DNA of 64,000 nucleotides from Calditrichaceae bacterium (GTDB taxonomy: Bacteria > Calditrichota > Calditrichia > Calditrichales > JBFXGD01): NCBI GenBank assembly GCA_050173015.1, contig JBFXLE010000020.1, positions 16,721-80,720 of the forward strand, in the 5' to 3' direction. The notes under the pieces were generated by a model. The model searched no databases, had not been told where the DNA came from, and saw nothing but the letters and a program-made list of their open reading frames with translations. This document shows, in pieces, positions 53,883 to 62,354 of the stretch. Each line of letters begins with the position of its first letter. Within the stretch, counting starts at the first letter, position 1. The position numbers were made by a program, and so were the translations under genes.

Positions 53883-54386
53883 CTATGTTCGCTTTTTCTC
53901 TTTTAAGTTAGATTGCCATTGGCCCAGAGCGAATAAAAAGGGTATAGAGATCAGAATTCCAATAACCACCAGTGGCCCAATCCAAATAAATTCAGGAAAT
54001 TTAACATAGTTCTCTAAAATTGCTTTTCGTAATAAATAAAAAGTGATGGGGAGATTCAGAACCATTGCGGTGACAACACCCGGAACATATTTTTTCATTG
54101 CTACTGTGGCGACAAAATGCGGGAATGGTACATTTAATAGCATTGCAAGAGCATAGCCCGATATCAGGTAAGCGCCAAAGCTTTCTTTACCTCCGGAAAT
54201 AGCCAGATAAGAAGCTATATAAGCAACTATGGTCAGTACAAAAACGGCGAATCGAAACTCACGTGGCTCCACCGGACGATGCCAGCGACCCGCGATTTTT
54301 GACCATGCGGGTAACCAGATGGCTTCTTCAATATTATGAAGAGTGATAGCTATGGCAAATAACCAAACGAGAAGATTGAAATCCAT
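53883..54386 (-). CDS. HXXEE-domain membrane protein
   Basis: LHNIEE; YVPGVVTA; no attC recognised downstream. Confidence 0.8.
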   Translation of the reverse strand: MDFNLLVWLFAIAITLHNIEEAIWLPAWSKIAGRWHRPVEPREFRFAVFVLTIVAYIASYLAISGGKESFGAYLISGYALAMLLNVPFPHFVATVAMKKYVPGVVTAMVLNLPITFYLLRKAILENYVKFPEFIWIGPLVVIGILISIPFLFALGQWQSNLKEKKRT

Positions 54387-54432
54387 TTTTAATACCGTAT
54401 GTTTATATCATAGGGTCTGTTGTCCAGGGCGG

Positions 54433-54504
54433 TCGTATCGATGGAACTCGTTGATTTTCGCGGAATGCAGCGGAGTGAAAATCCAGTGCAGTGCTTGGTT
54501 GGGC
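54433..54504 (-). other. attC site, degenerate R' (G|AT)
   Basis: Minus strand GCCCAAC-caagc-ACTGCACT-ggattttc...gaaaatca-ACGAGTT-ccatc-GATACGA. Confidence 0.65.
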
Positions 54505-54510
54505 AATCGA

Positions 54511-55614
54511 TCACAAGACATTTACCTTGATTGAGTTTCGAATTTGCGGCCCGGCAACTTCAAGTGCCATTTCCATTATATCCTGTATATTTCGACGACT
54601 ATAGTTTGTGCCAAGCCACCATCCTGACACAACTTCAACAGAATGTTGTTCTGCTAAATCTGGACGATCAGGGTAAAGATCACTTTTATCTTTGGCAATA
54701 TATCTCCTTTTCTTGCCGTGTTTGCGTGATGCAAACCTATCAAGGAAACCACTATCTTCTTGAGACAGCAACTGAAAAAGCATTGTCATAACTTCTCTCG
54801 CGGAACGAGCAGGAAAATTTTTTCCTTTAAATATAAGATGAAATTTATCAAAAGTTCGGGTGTGAGTAGTACCGGTCGCTGGCGTGATTGGTTTCGTTGG
54901 TTTTATCGGACGTTTTATATCATCTTTATATTTGTCAAGATGTTGGTTATTCTGAATTTGCATTTCTAGAAATTGACTGCATACATCCAAATCCGGTTTA
55001 TACCCGCAAAGGTCTTCAACCTTATCGGCAAGCAAATCCAACAACAAGGAATCCTGATCCTTAAGCAATCCTTCCCATGCTTTTGGGAGGTTAGTTTCTA
55101 TAATTCGGACGCGTGCAACATTCTGATAATCTGAACGAGCAGCCTTTAGTGCAGCTCCTGAGCAAACATTGCTGTAACTTAAGTATCTGTCAAGTCTGGT
55201 TTTTGCTTCGGAAACATCTCGTTCAAGAAGGTCGAGTTTATAAACTCTGCGTTCATCATAGCGGCCTTGCTCACCAGGGAGGTAAAAACTCCACTCCTGA
55301 CCGTCCGTCAGGATTGCCATCGGTACCCCAAGATGGAAAGCATATTCGAATAATTGTCGATCTGCTCCTTCGGAAAACCCCACCTTTTTGACCTCTATAA
55401 ATACAGATGGTCGGTTTTCCGGATAGCATAGTGCGTAATCAACACGCCGGCCTTCAACAGAAAATTCTGGGATTACGATGGATGTATCAAAAACTGGCCA
55501 TCCGAGCTCATTCAAAGCAGGTAGAAGAATTCCCTGTGATACAGCCGCTTCAGAAGTAAATCTGCCTTCTCGGAGGCCCATCCGAACATTTTCAATGAAA
55601 TTAGCGATTGCCAT
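54511..55614 (-). CDS. cassette gene: HsdR-N-like PD-(D/E)XK nuclease fused to a SeqA-C-like domain
   Basis: PEF...RVDYAL...FIEVKK...ILTDGQEW; C-terminal HGKKRRYIAKD...GWWLGTNYS. Confidence 0.7.
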   Translation of the reverse strand: MAIANFIENVRMGLREGRFTSEAAVSQGILLPALNELGWPVFDTSIVIPEFSVEGRRVDYALCYPENRPSVFIEVKKVGFSEGADRQLFEYAFHLGVPMAILTDGQEWSFYLPGEQGRYDERRVYKLDLLERDVSEAKTRLDRYLSYSNVCSGAALKAARSDYQNVARVRIIETNLPKAWEGLLKDQDSLLLDLLADKVEDLCGYKPDLDVCSQFLEMQIQNNQHLDKYKDDIKRPIKPTKPITPATGTTHTRTFDKFHLIFKGKNFPARSAREVMTMLFQLLSQEDSGFLDRFASRKHGKKRRYIAKDKSDLYPDRPDLAEQHSVEVVSGWWLGTNYSRRNIQDIMEMALEVAGPQIRNSIKVNVL

Positions 55615-55633
55615 TTTTGCTTCTTCCTTTTAT

Positions 55634-55703
55634 GTCTAACAGGGGAGTACACCTGCCCCCGAACATCTACGCGTTTTGGGTCAGGTGCAATGAATTGTTA
55701 TGC
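55634..55703 (-). other. attC site
   Basis: Minus strand GCATAAC (contains the gene's TAA)-aattc-attgcacctgaccc...gggggcaggtgtac-tcccct-GTTAGAC. Confidence 0.88.
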
Positions 55704-56186
55704 CAACTTTTTTTCAATTAAATCCCATCGATCTTTATAGATAGAAATATCCCAGTCTAAAGCCGATCTATATGGTGGCAAGATCACAGTACGAACCTTG
55801 TTGTCTTTATGAGGTTGTCCTTTCTTCCCGGGTGTTGACAGCCATAGATAGTGTCCTTTTTTTATATTTTTAGCCATATCTTTTGATTGGATTATGAAAT
55901 ACTCAAATTCTTTTTTTTGTTCTGGTAATGGGATTCCTCCTAAAATCCAGAAAAAGTTCTCACCAAAATTTACTTCTGATTTCAGACCAACACTGCATGT
56001 TCGATTTCCAGGGACAAATGTTTTCACCTGAATATGAACAAATTTAGTACCTGATAAATTACTGCATAATATATCTGTATTAGGAGTATTGCCAAGAGTT
56101 ACGACTGCTGAATACCCACGCCTACAGAGCTCTCCCGCAATAAAAAATTGACTTGCATTTCCGCGTGTACTTTTTTCTTTTGCCAT
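55698..56186 (-). CDS. cassette gene: small PD-(D/E)XK-like nuclease
   Basis: G...F.AGEL.RRGY...NTDIL...IQVKT; stop codon lies in attC R''. Confidence 0.65.
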   Translation of the reverse strand: MAKEKSTRGNASQFFIAGELCRRGYSAVVTLGNTPNTDILCSNLSGTKFVHIQVKTFVPGNRTCSVGLKSEVNFGENFFWILGGIPLPEQKKEFEYFIIQSKDMAKNIKKGHYLWLSTPGKKGQPHKDNKVRTVILPPYRSALDWDISIYKDRWDLIEKKLA

Positions 56187-56228
56187 TTCCAAAGATTAGT
56201 TTATCAAATCTTGAGCAAGTTAAACTTA

Positions 56229-56324
56229 ATATAACGCCGGCGATAACCCGCAAAACGCCTTAAAATTTTATCCCGACGAAATCAGCGTCCCGGTGTGCAG
56301 GTCGGGTTGATTGCATTGTTATGT
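56229..56324 (-). other. attC site
   Basis: Minus strand ACATAAC-aatgc-aatcaacccg...cgggttatcgccggc-GTTATAT. Confidence 0.85.
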
Positions 56325-56336
56325 GCTGCTGTTTAA

Positions 56337-57569
56337 TTATTGTAAAACGCTTTTAAGTTCATTTTCCCATTTCAAAAAACCGTCAACAAGTTCAGAGTAA
56401 TCATGGTAAACCCGACTAAAAGAATCATCTGAAGAATTTAAATAATCTTTCTTACCTTTGGCTTTTATCACATTTATTATATCTTCAATTCTCTTTACAG
56501 CTTGTTTAAGGACTTGTTTGTTTTTTTCAATATGCCAGATATAAGTTGCTTCTTCAGTGTCAAGAGTTTCCCAAATGATGTGATATTTTTTATTACCTTC
56601 AAACAAGAAGATAAAAGAAAAAGGACTATGTACAAAGCGTAGTTTCATTATTTTATGGGCATGCAATTTAGATAAATATTTTAAGTGATTAAAATGTTTA
56701 GTACCCGAAATTTGAATTAAATCTTCAAGAAACTCTATATCTTTTTTATAAAATATATTTGGGTTAACATTTCTCTCTGGTTGTGAGTCGAGTTGTTCAT
56801 CAAAAGTATAAATAGTTTTAGCGTCTTTACTGAAGCTTTTCTTTTTAATCATTGATTTTACAAATGAAATTTTTACATCATCTATAAAATCTGTATTAAT
56901 TTTTTCTATCTCTGGAGATTGTGCAGTACTAGAAATAACTCTACCATCTTCAATTACTATATTACATGAAACCCTAATTTTTTTTGATTTAAGGACATTG
57001 GCAAAATAGTTTTTAACCGCTTCAAATTCTTTTTTCAAGTCATTGTTGGGAATACAAAGTTCAATAGGGTCAATGTGGTTTTTAAATTTCTTAATAATCT
57101 TTACGCAACCATCTTCGAAGAGAACATTTTTCAGAGAAATCAAAAAATTTTCTTTTATTACTTTTTTGATCGGGAAGTATTTGGGTGGAATTTCATTAAA
57201 ATAGTTAGTTGTAGATCTGCAAACAGATTCATATTTTTCAGGTATAAAAGTTCCTGGCTTTTGTCCTTTCAAGGTTCTTAATAGACCGTCAGTATCGATG
57301 CTTTTAAATGCGATAATTTCAATAGCATTAAGCTCATCAAATAAACTTTTTTGGACATATGAAAATTGAGTTTCACCAACATGATATGATATAACATCAA
57401 CGTAAATTTTTTTTGGGCTATGATTTAGAATTTTAACTTTCCAAAATGCTGGGGACGAAAATGATTTTGCGATTGGTGGTAAACCAAGCTGGTCTAAAAG
57501 CAATGATTTACTGCTTGTTAAATAGGCTTTATTGTCTTTTAAGATTAGTTTTATTTCTTGGCCAATCAT
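56337..57569 (-). CDS. cassette gene: AT-rich hypothetical protein
   Basis: 410-aa ORF bounded by attC sites; C-terminal HIIWETLDTEEATYIW...RVYHDY. Confidence 0.7.
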   Translation of the reverse strand: MIGQEIKLILKDNKAYLTSSKSLLLDQLGLPPIAKSFSSPAFWKVKILNHSPKKIYVDVISYHVGETQFSYVQKSLFDELNAIEIIAFKSIDTDGLLRTLKGQKPGTFIPEKYESVCRSTTNYFNEIPPKYFPIKKVIKENFLISLKNVLFEDGCVKIIKKFKNHIDPIELCIPNNDLKKEFEAVKNYFANVLKSKKIRVSCNIVIEDGRVISSTAQSPEIEKINTDFIDDVKISFVKSMIKKKSFSKDAKTIYTFDEQLDSQPERNVNPNIFYKKDIEFLEDLIQISGTKHFNHLKYLSKLHAHKIMKLRFVHSPFSFIFLFEGNKKYHIIWETLDTEEATYIWHIEKNKQVLKQAVKRIEDIINVIKAKGKKDYLNSSDDSFSRVYHDYSELVDGFLKWENELKSVLQ

Positions 57570-57606
57570 TTAGCAAACCTTTTAATAAATACTAAAACTA
57601 CAAAGC

Positions 57607-57739
57607 ACCTAACGATTAGGCATAACCGGATGAAAACAATGCGGCCAGTAACCTGAAAATTACCACCAAATTTGACCGGAACAATAAATTTAAAAAAACC
57701 GAAACGCGTTTTCATTCCGAGTTGATGCCCGTGTTATGT
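57607..57739 (-). other. attC site (133 bp)
   Basis: Minus strand ACATAAC-acggg-catcaactcggaatgaaaac...gttttcatccggttatgcc-taatc-GTTAGGT. Confidence 0.85.
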
Positions 57740-57761
57740 GCTGATTAATTGCAATTTGGTT

Positions 57762-58472
57762 CTATGAATTTAATCGTTCAATTTCAGCGCGTATTTCTTC
57801 AAGTATATCTTTGTTTCTTATTTGCTTTTTATCATTTATTTTTGAAGAAAATATAATAAACACCCGACCGCCATAAGCTTCTTCGAACTCATCAAAATTT
57901 TGACGCATTCTATCAGATATTGAGTAATTTCCAAAATTAGCGGTGGCAGTTATTGGTTTGATTTGAATTCCAAATGCTTTGTCATTTACATTACCCAAAT
58001 AGTCAATATCACCTGCGTGATCTAATTCTGGGTCAGATTCAGTAAATTTAACATTTGGAAACTCTTTTGCTAATATATCATTTACAACTGATTTTTCAGT
58101 TACAAAGCCGTCATATGTTCTAAAAATTGTTACTTCTCTAATGTAGTCTAAACAATCTTGTTTTGTTATCTGCTTAAATGCCTCAGACCATTCCGGGATG
58201 ACAACTTCTGTAATTTTTTCGTACAGTCTCTCACCTAATTCTGTTAATATTTCCTCGGTAACTTTTATTTCTTTTTTTGTTTTTGTGTAAGCATTTGCCC
58301 AATAATATTCTTGCCATTCATCGAATGATTTTGGTTGGCATTCTCGAATTAGAGCCATAACTTCGCCAACTTTTTTGGGTCTTGTTAGCTGATATGTATT
58401 ACTCGTGTAATTTAGTACCTTTTCTTTTTTCCCGAATGATTTTGCAACTTTTTTGATCTCATCATCTGCCAT
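57762..58472 (-). CDS. type II restriction endonuclease, MjaI-like
   Basis: TRPKKVG; RTYDG...E; ELD...IDY...GIQIKP PD-(D/E)XK; start overlaps MTase stop. Confidence 0.75.
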   Translation of the reverse strand: MADDEIKKVAKSFGKKEKVLNYTSNTYQLTRPKKVGEVMALIRECQPKSFDEWQEYYWANAYTKTKKEIKVTEEILTELGERLYEKITEVVIPEWSEAFKQITKQDCLDYIREVTIFRTYDGFVTEKSVVNDILAKEFPNVKFTESDPELDHAGDIDYLGNVNDKAFGIQIKPITATANFGNYSISDRMRQNFDEFEEAYGGRVFIIFSSKINDKKQIRNKDILEEIRAEIERLNS

Positions 58473-59760
58473 TGTGATTTTCCAATCCGATAAATTTTGA
58501 TTTATATTTATAATTCGTTTCTCTATCTGCAAAAGCATATCCGTTTTTAATTAAGTGGGCATTCATAAATGTTTTATTTTTAAGATATAGATAGCAAAGC
58601 AGATTGTTCTCATTATCGTATTTTACTACATCAAATTTTAAAAATACTTTTTGACTGTCAACTTTTTTCTTAATGAATTCTCGAGCTCTTCCATTTAAGG
58701 TTTCATTCTCTTTAATGCCTAATAAGCGAATCTTAAGACCCGTATTAAGTATTAGTTTCTCTGTGGAAACGATATCTTTAACCTGGTAATATTTTTCATT
58801 ATTTTTTGAGTTATTGTCAATTTTTGAGCCAAACTGAAGCTTTTTAGGATCTATCTTTTTATCTAATAGATGAGAATCTTTAAAGATGTAAGGCAGATTT
58901 TTAATATCTTCTTTAAAGTCATTGTTCATCTTCGTTTGTTGAGTAAATTCATATTTTGTATTTAGCAAGTCTTGTTGGTCAACATTTAGCTTTCTTTTAA
59001 TATAAGGAATGAACTCGGTATTTAATTCGTAGCCTACTGAATTCCTGGATAATTTTTTAGCAGCTAAGCTGGTAGTTCCACTTCCAACAAATGGGTCAAG
59101 TATAGTATCACCAACAAAAGAAAACATTTTTATTAAACGGTGTGGTAACTCTTCCGGAAACATCGCTATATGGCTATCTTGTTTTGCACCGCCAAAATTC
59201 CAATGCCCAGAAAAATATTCTTTCCACTCTTCTTTTGTCATTTTCGATTGTTCTTTTAACTCTTTATTAGGCTTTTTGGGGTTGCCGAGTTTCTTAAATA
59301 GTAGAATAAATTCATAGTCAATAGATAAAATTCCATTTCTCGGATATGGGAAACTACCCATCACGCTGGCGCCACCAGTAGTATTAGTAGTCGTTTTCTT
59401 TTGCCAGATTATTGCCCCCATATAATCAAAACCAACTGTTTCGCAAAATTTAATTATTTCAGTTCGAATTGGAATGACTTTATACCTGCCATAATATACT
59501 GCTCTTGCAAATTGGTCACCTATATTCACACAAAGCCTGCAACCATTGTTTAAAACTCTAAAACTTTCTTTCCAGACTAAATTGAGATTATTTATGTAGT
59601 TTTCGTAGCTATCATTATATCCGATTTGGTCAGCGCTTCCATAATCTTTTAATTGCCAGTATGGTGGTGATGTAATCACTAAATCAATAGAATTGTCTGG
59701 CAATTCGGCCATTCTTCGGCTATCGCCATTTATGATTAAATGTTTTGTTGAGTTTGACAT
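58462..59760 (-). CDS. beta-class N4C/N6A DNA methyltransferase with C-terminal thermonuclease(SNase)-like domain
   Basis: ITSPPY before LDPFVGSGTT; H.AMFPEEL; C-terminal IRLLGI...YD...LLCYLY...N..LIKNGYA. Confidence 0.88.
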   Translation of the reverse strand: MSNSTKHLIINGDSRRMAELPDNSIDLVITSPPYWQLKDYGSADQIGYNDSYENYINNLNLVWKESFRVLNNGCRLCVNIGDQFARAVYYGRYKVIPIRTEIIKFCETVGFDYMGAIIWQKKTTTNTTGGASVMGSFPYPRNGILSIDYEFILLFKKLGNPKKPNKELKEQSKMTKEEWKEYFSGHWNFGGAKQDSHIAMFPEELPHRLIKMFSFVGDTILDPFVGSGTTSLAAKKLSRNSVGYELNTEFIPYIKRKLNVDQQDLLNTKYEFTQQTKMNNDFKEDIKNLPYIFKDSHLLDKKIDPKKLQFGSKIDNNSKNNEKYYQVKDIVSTEKLILNTGLKIRLLGIKENETLNGRAREFIKKKVDSQKVFLKFDVVKYDNENNLLCYLYLKNKTFMNAHLIKNGYAFADRETNYKYKSKFIGLENHNGR

Positions 59761-59855
59761 TAAAAATCCTATGACTAAAGTTTCTATATTATTTTTATCT
59801 TTGCAAAGATAAGAAATAGAGGATTTGTTTACAATTTAGAAAATTTTAACAAAGC

Positions 59856-60266
59856 ACATAACATATTGATCAGACGTCCATCTTCATTATCATTTTATTC
59901 TAATATTGGAAAACATTTTCTAAATGTAGAAAACTTATTCTAATGTTAGAAAAAAAATATTTCCAATATCAGAGAAATTAACCGTCGGAAACAGTTCGCC
60001 CCTCAGATCAATGGAATAGTGGCTTTTTAAGACACACCCCGAACCATTTGTTGTTTATATTCTTTAAACCGGCGTGAGATGATATCCAAATCATAATCGT
60101 CCTTGTCTGAACCATCATCAATTGTCTGAGTTTTCAACGATTGAAGCAAAAAAAGGGTTAAATAAAAACGTTATCATAATAATCAATTGAAATGGAAATT
60201 TCAAGAGGCTAATAATTTTCGGATATTTTAGCAAACGGTATAACCCATCCCCAATCCTGAAGGGAT
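59856..60266 (-). other. putative attI + Pc module, copy 1
   Basis: Near-identical to 63110-63527; identity starts at the GTTA core; four 14-bp palindromes; promoter at 60176-60204. Confidence 0.7.
60176..60204 (-). promoter_or_regulatory. putative Pc-like cassette promoter
   Basis: TTGAAA-N17-TATTAT facing the cassettes. Confidence 0.55.
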
Positions 60267-60346
60267 GAGATCTTTCTAAAAAACCGGCCACTCGTCGGTA
60301 TCATTGTGATGATGTTCCCGGGTAAAGGGATTGCGATGGCTGTTTT

Positions 60347-61699
60347 TCATTGTATCCGGTATTGAGTGAGTTCTTCGCTGAAATTCCAGTAGGACTTCTC
60401 TTTTCTCGCTCCACTTTTGTTCACCTGATAGGTAACAATGAGGCTCTTCACGATCCCCACTCCCGGAGCGAACCAGAATGTGGATTCGCGATCCTCGTTC
60501 TCGACTTCCCCGCGCCATTGGGCTGTCATCGAAACGGGCAGGCAGTTAAACTTTCCGGCTGGAACTGAAACCTCCATCTCCGTTCCGACCGAAAATTTTT
60601 CATGAATTCTTGCCTGGTGGGGGCCTACAGGAGTCTGTACATCCGTGATATAGTCATTGGTCCATTGTGTTCCGGATTTCAAATCGTAAGGAAAGTAAAG
60701 TGGCAAGGGACTATTCTCATAGAAATACTCCGACGATGCGGTTTTACCGTCCTTTTTTAGAAAAGCGAAGTAACTTCCCGTTAACATGATCCCTTTGTCT
60801 CCTTTGGTGTAAAATTCACCTGAACGCTCTTTATTCTTTGCGGCTCCTTCAATCTCGTTTAATTCGCGATAATAGGAAAAAGCAGAACCTTGTTTCATGT
60901 TTTTTCCCGGGCCGGCTCTCCGTGTGACCTGGCGGACCATCTCGCGGGAAGTAAAGATTCCCGGAATATTCCCGCGCAAATCGTATACCCAATAGTTACC
61001 TTCGTTAAGAGACCAGAAGACTTCCTTGAACTTGTCTTTAGCTGCTTTGAAGTTGGGATCAAGATCGGTGGCTTTTTTGAGTTCCGCCAATGATCCCTGG
61101 CTGTCCAAACGGACCTGAAGCAGCGCCCCCTGTCCGAAATGTCTGTAAGCCTCGATTGATTCCGTGGGACGTTCCGCGATCTTGTCCAAATCCTGTTCTT
61201 TAAGTTCAATATTGAGTTTGGCCGCGAGTCCCCTGACTATTTCATCCTGAAGATCAAAGATACTATCCATAGGGCCTGTCGCTTTTGAAGATTGTATGAC
61301 AGCGCCCGTTTTTACATCAACAAATCGGGAAGTGAGGCGGATGGTCTCGGCGCTCTTTTGATACGCTCCCAGGACGATTATATCCGCTCCGATCAACTCA
61401 CCCACAGATAAAGCCGTTTTCTCATCTATAAGACCTGTAAGATGCAGACTTTGCTCTTCGAGTATTCTCATGAGTTGAAGGCGTTCTATAACAACTATGC
61501 CCGGTATCGAAAGGAGATCAGTTGTGATGGTTTCGGGAATGCCCAGGGAGAGCCAATCCAGATCCTGATTCTTTCCTACGTTCTCAAAAGGTATAACAGC
61601 CACATTTTGGCTTTTTGCATGGGCACCCGGTACGAATTCCAGGATGACAAGCAGAATGAATATTTTATACATTTTAATTTTTACATCGGACAACTTCAA
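60347..61699 (-). CDS. exported protein with CsgG/FlgO/TolB-N-like domain, TPR and C-terminal beta domain
   Basis: Signal peptide; VAVIPFEN..WLS.GI; IER..L..IL.EQ; VPAGKF...WFAPGVGIVK; TTG start after CAGGAGG. Confidence 0.75.
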   Translation of the reverse strand: MKLSDVKIKMYKIFILLVILEFVPGAHAKSQNVAVIPFENVGKNQDLDWLSLGIPETITTDLLSIPGIVVIERLQLMRILEEQSLHLTGLIDEKTALSVGELIGADIIVLGAYQKSAETIRLTSRFVDVKTGAVIQSSKATGPMDSIFDLQDEIVRGLAAKLNIELKEQDLDKIAERPTESIEAYRHFGQGALLQVRLDSQGSLAELKKATDLDPNFKAAKDKFKEVFWSLNEGNYWVYDLRGNIPGIFTSREMVRQVTRRAGPGKNMKQGSAFSYYRELNEIEGAAKNKERSGEFYTKGDKGIMLTGSYFAFLKKDGKTASSEYFYENSPLPLYFPYDLKSGTQWTNDYITDVQTPVGPHQARIHEKFSVGTEMEVSVPAGKFNCLPVSMTAQWRGEVENEDRESTFWFAPGVGIVKSLIVTYQVNKSGARKEKSYWNFSEELTQYRIQ

Positions 61700-61737
61700 A
61701 GAACCTCCTGAATCATTTTAACTATTAAATTCATACT

Positions 61738-61809
61738 GTCGAAGGTCACAAATCAGCCACGAATTCGGAGCGCAGCGGAAAATTTGTCGGCTGCGTTTGC
61801 TTGTTATAT
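61738..61809 (-). other. attC site, degenerate R' (CTT)
   Basis: Minus strand ATATAAC-aagca-aacgcagccg...gtggctgatt-tgtgac-CTTCGAC. Confidence 0.65.
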
Positions 61810-61827
61810 GGTGCTCTGATTAGGTGA

Positions 61828-62196
61828 TTAAACGAGCAAACGGAACCCGCCATACACCATCCGTTCAGCATCAAAGATCGGCTTCGATGTATGAGTCAGT
61901 GGATTGATCAAATCCGTCATCCTTGGGTCGGCCGCGACTCTTTTATTTGCAAGATCACGTGCCTCACGAGATTCGAATGCGACCCATCCAAAGATTACGG
62001 CTTCATCCTCTTTTGTGTTCGCGACATCAGTGAAAGATCGAGTACCCTCTAAATTTGAATCGTCAATAACATATTCTGAATAATCGAGCGCGCCATGTTC
62101 CTTCCAAATCTTCGCAACCTTTTCTACAACTTCTCTATATGTCTTTAACTGATCGCGCGGCACCGGGAGTATGAACCCGTCGATGTAGTTCGTCAT
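61828..62196 (-). CDS. cassette gene: DUF1428 (YbaA-like) protein
   Basis: YIDGF..PVP; W.EHGAL.Y.E; FD..RM.YGGF. Confidence 0.85.
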   Translation of the reverse strand: MTNYIDGFILPVPRDQLKTYREVVEKVAKIWKEHGALDYSEYVIDDSNLEGTRSFTDVANTKEDEAVIFGWVAFESREARDLANKRVAADPRMTDLINPLTHTSKPIFDAERMVYGGFRLLV

Positions 62197-62234
62197 GTTA
62201 TCCTCCAATCTTGCTACTAAACTTTGTGTTCAAG

Positions 62235-62339
62235 CCGTAACGGTCAATACTTAGCCGCCCGCCAGAATTGGATATTTACCAATGCATTTTACGAAAATCA
62301 TCGTACGCATGTCGTGTCGGCTACAGTATTTTGTTAGCA
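62235..62339 (-). other. attC site
   Basis: Minus strand TGCTAAC-aaaat-actgtagccg...cggctaagtattgacc-GTTACGG. Confidence 0.82.
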
Positions 62340-62354
62340 ACTTTTTGTTACATA

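Noticed and set aside
53764-53883. attC downstream of the HXXEE gene
   Set aside because: No RYYYAAC...GTTRRRY pair or paired L boxes recognisable
2279-61711. Numerous 60-290 aa ORFs overlapping or antisense to recognised genes
   Set aside because: Shadow frames of well-supported CDSs with no recognisable motifs
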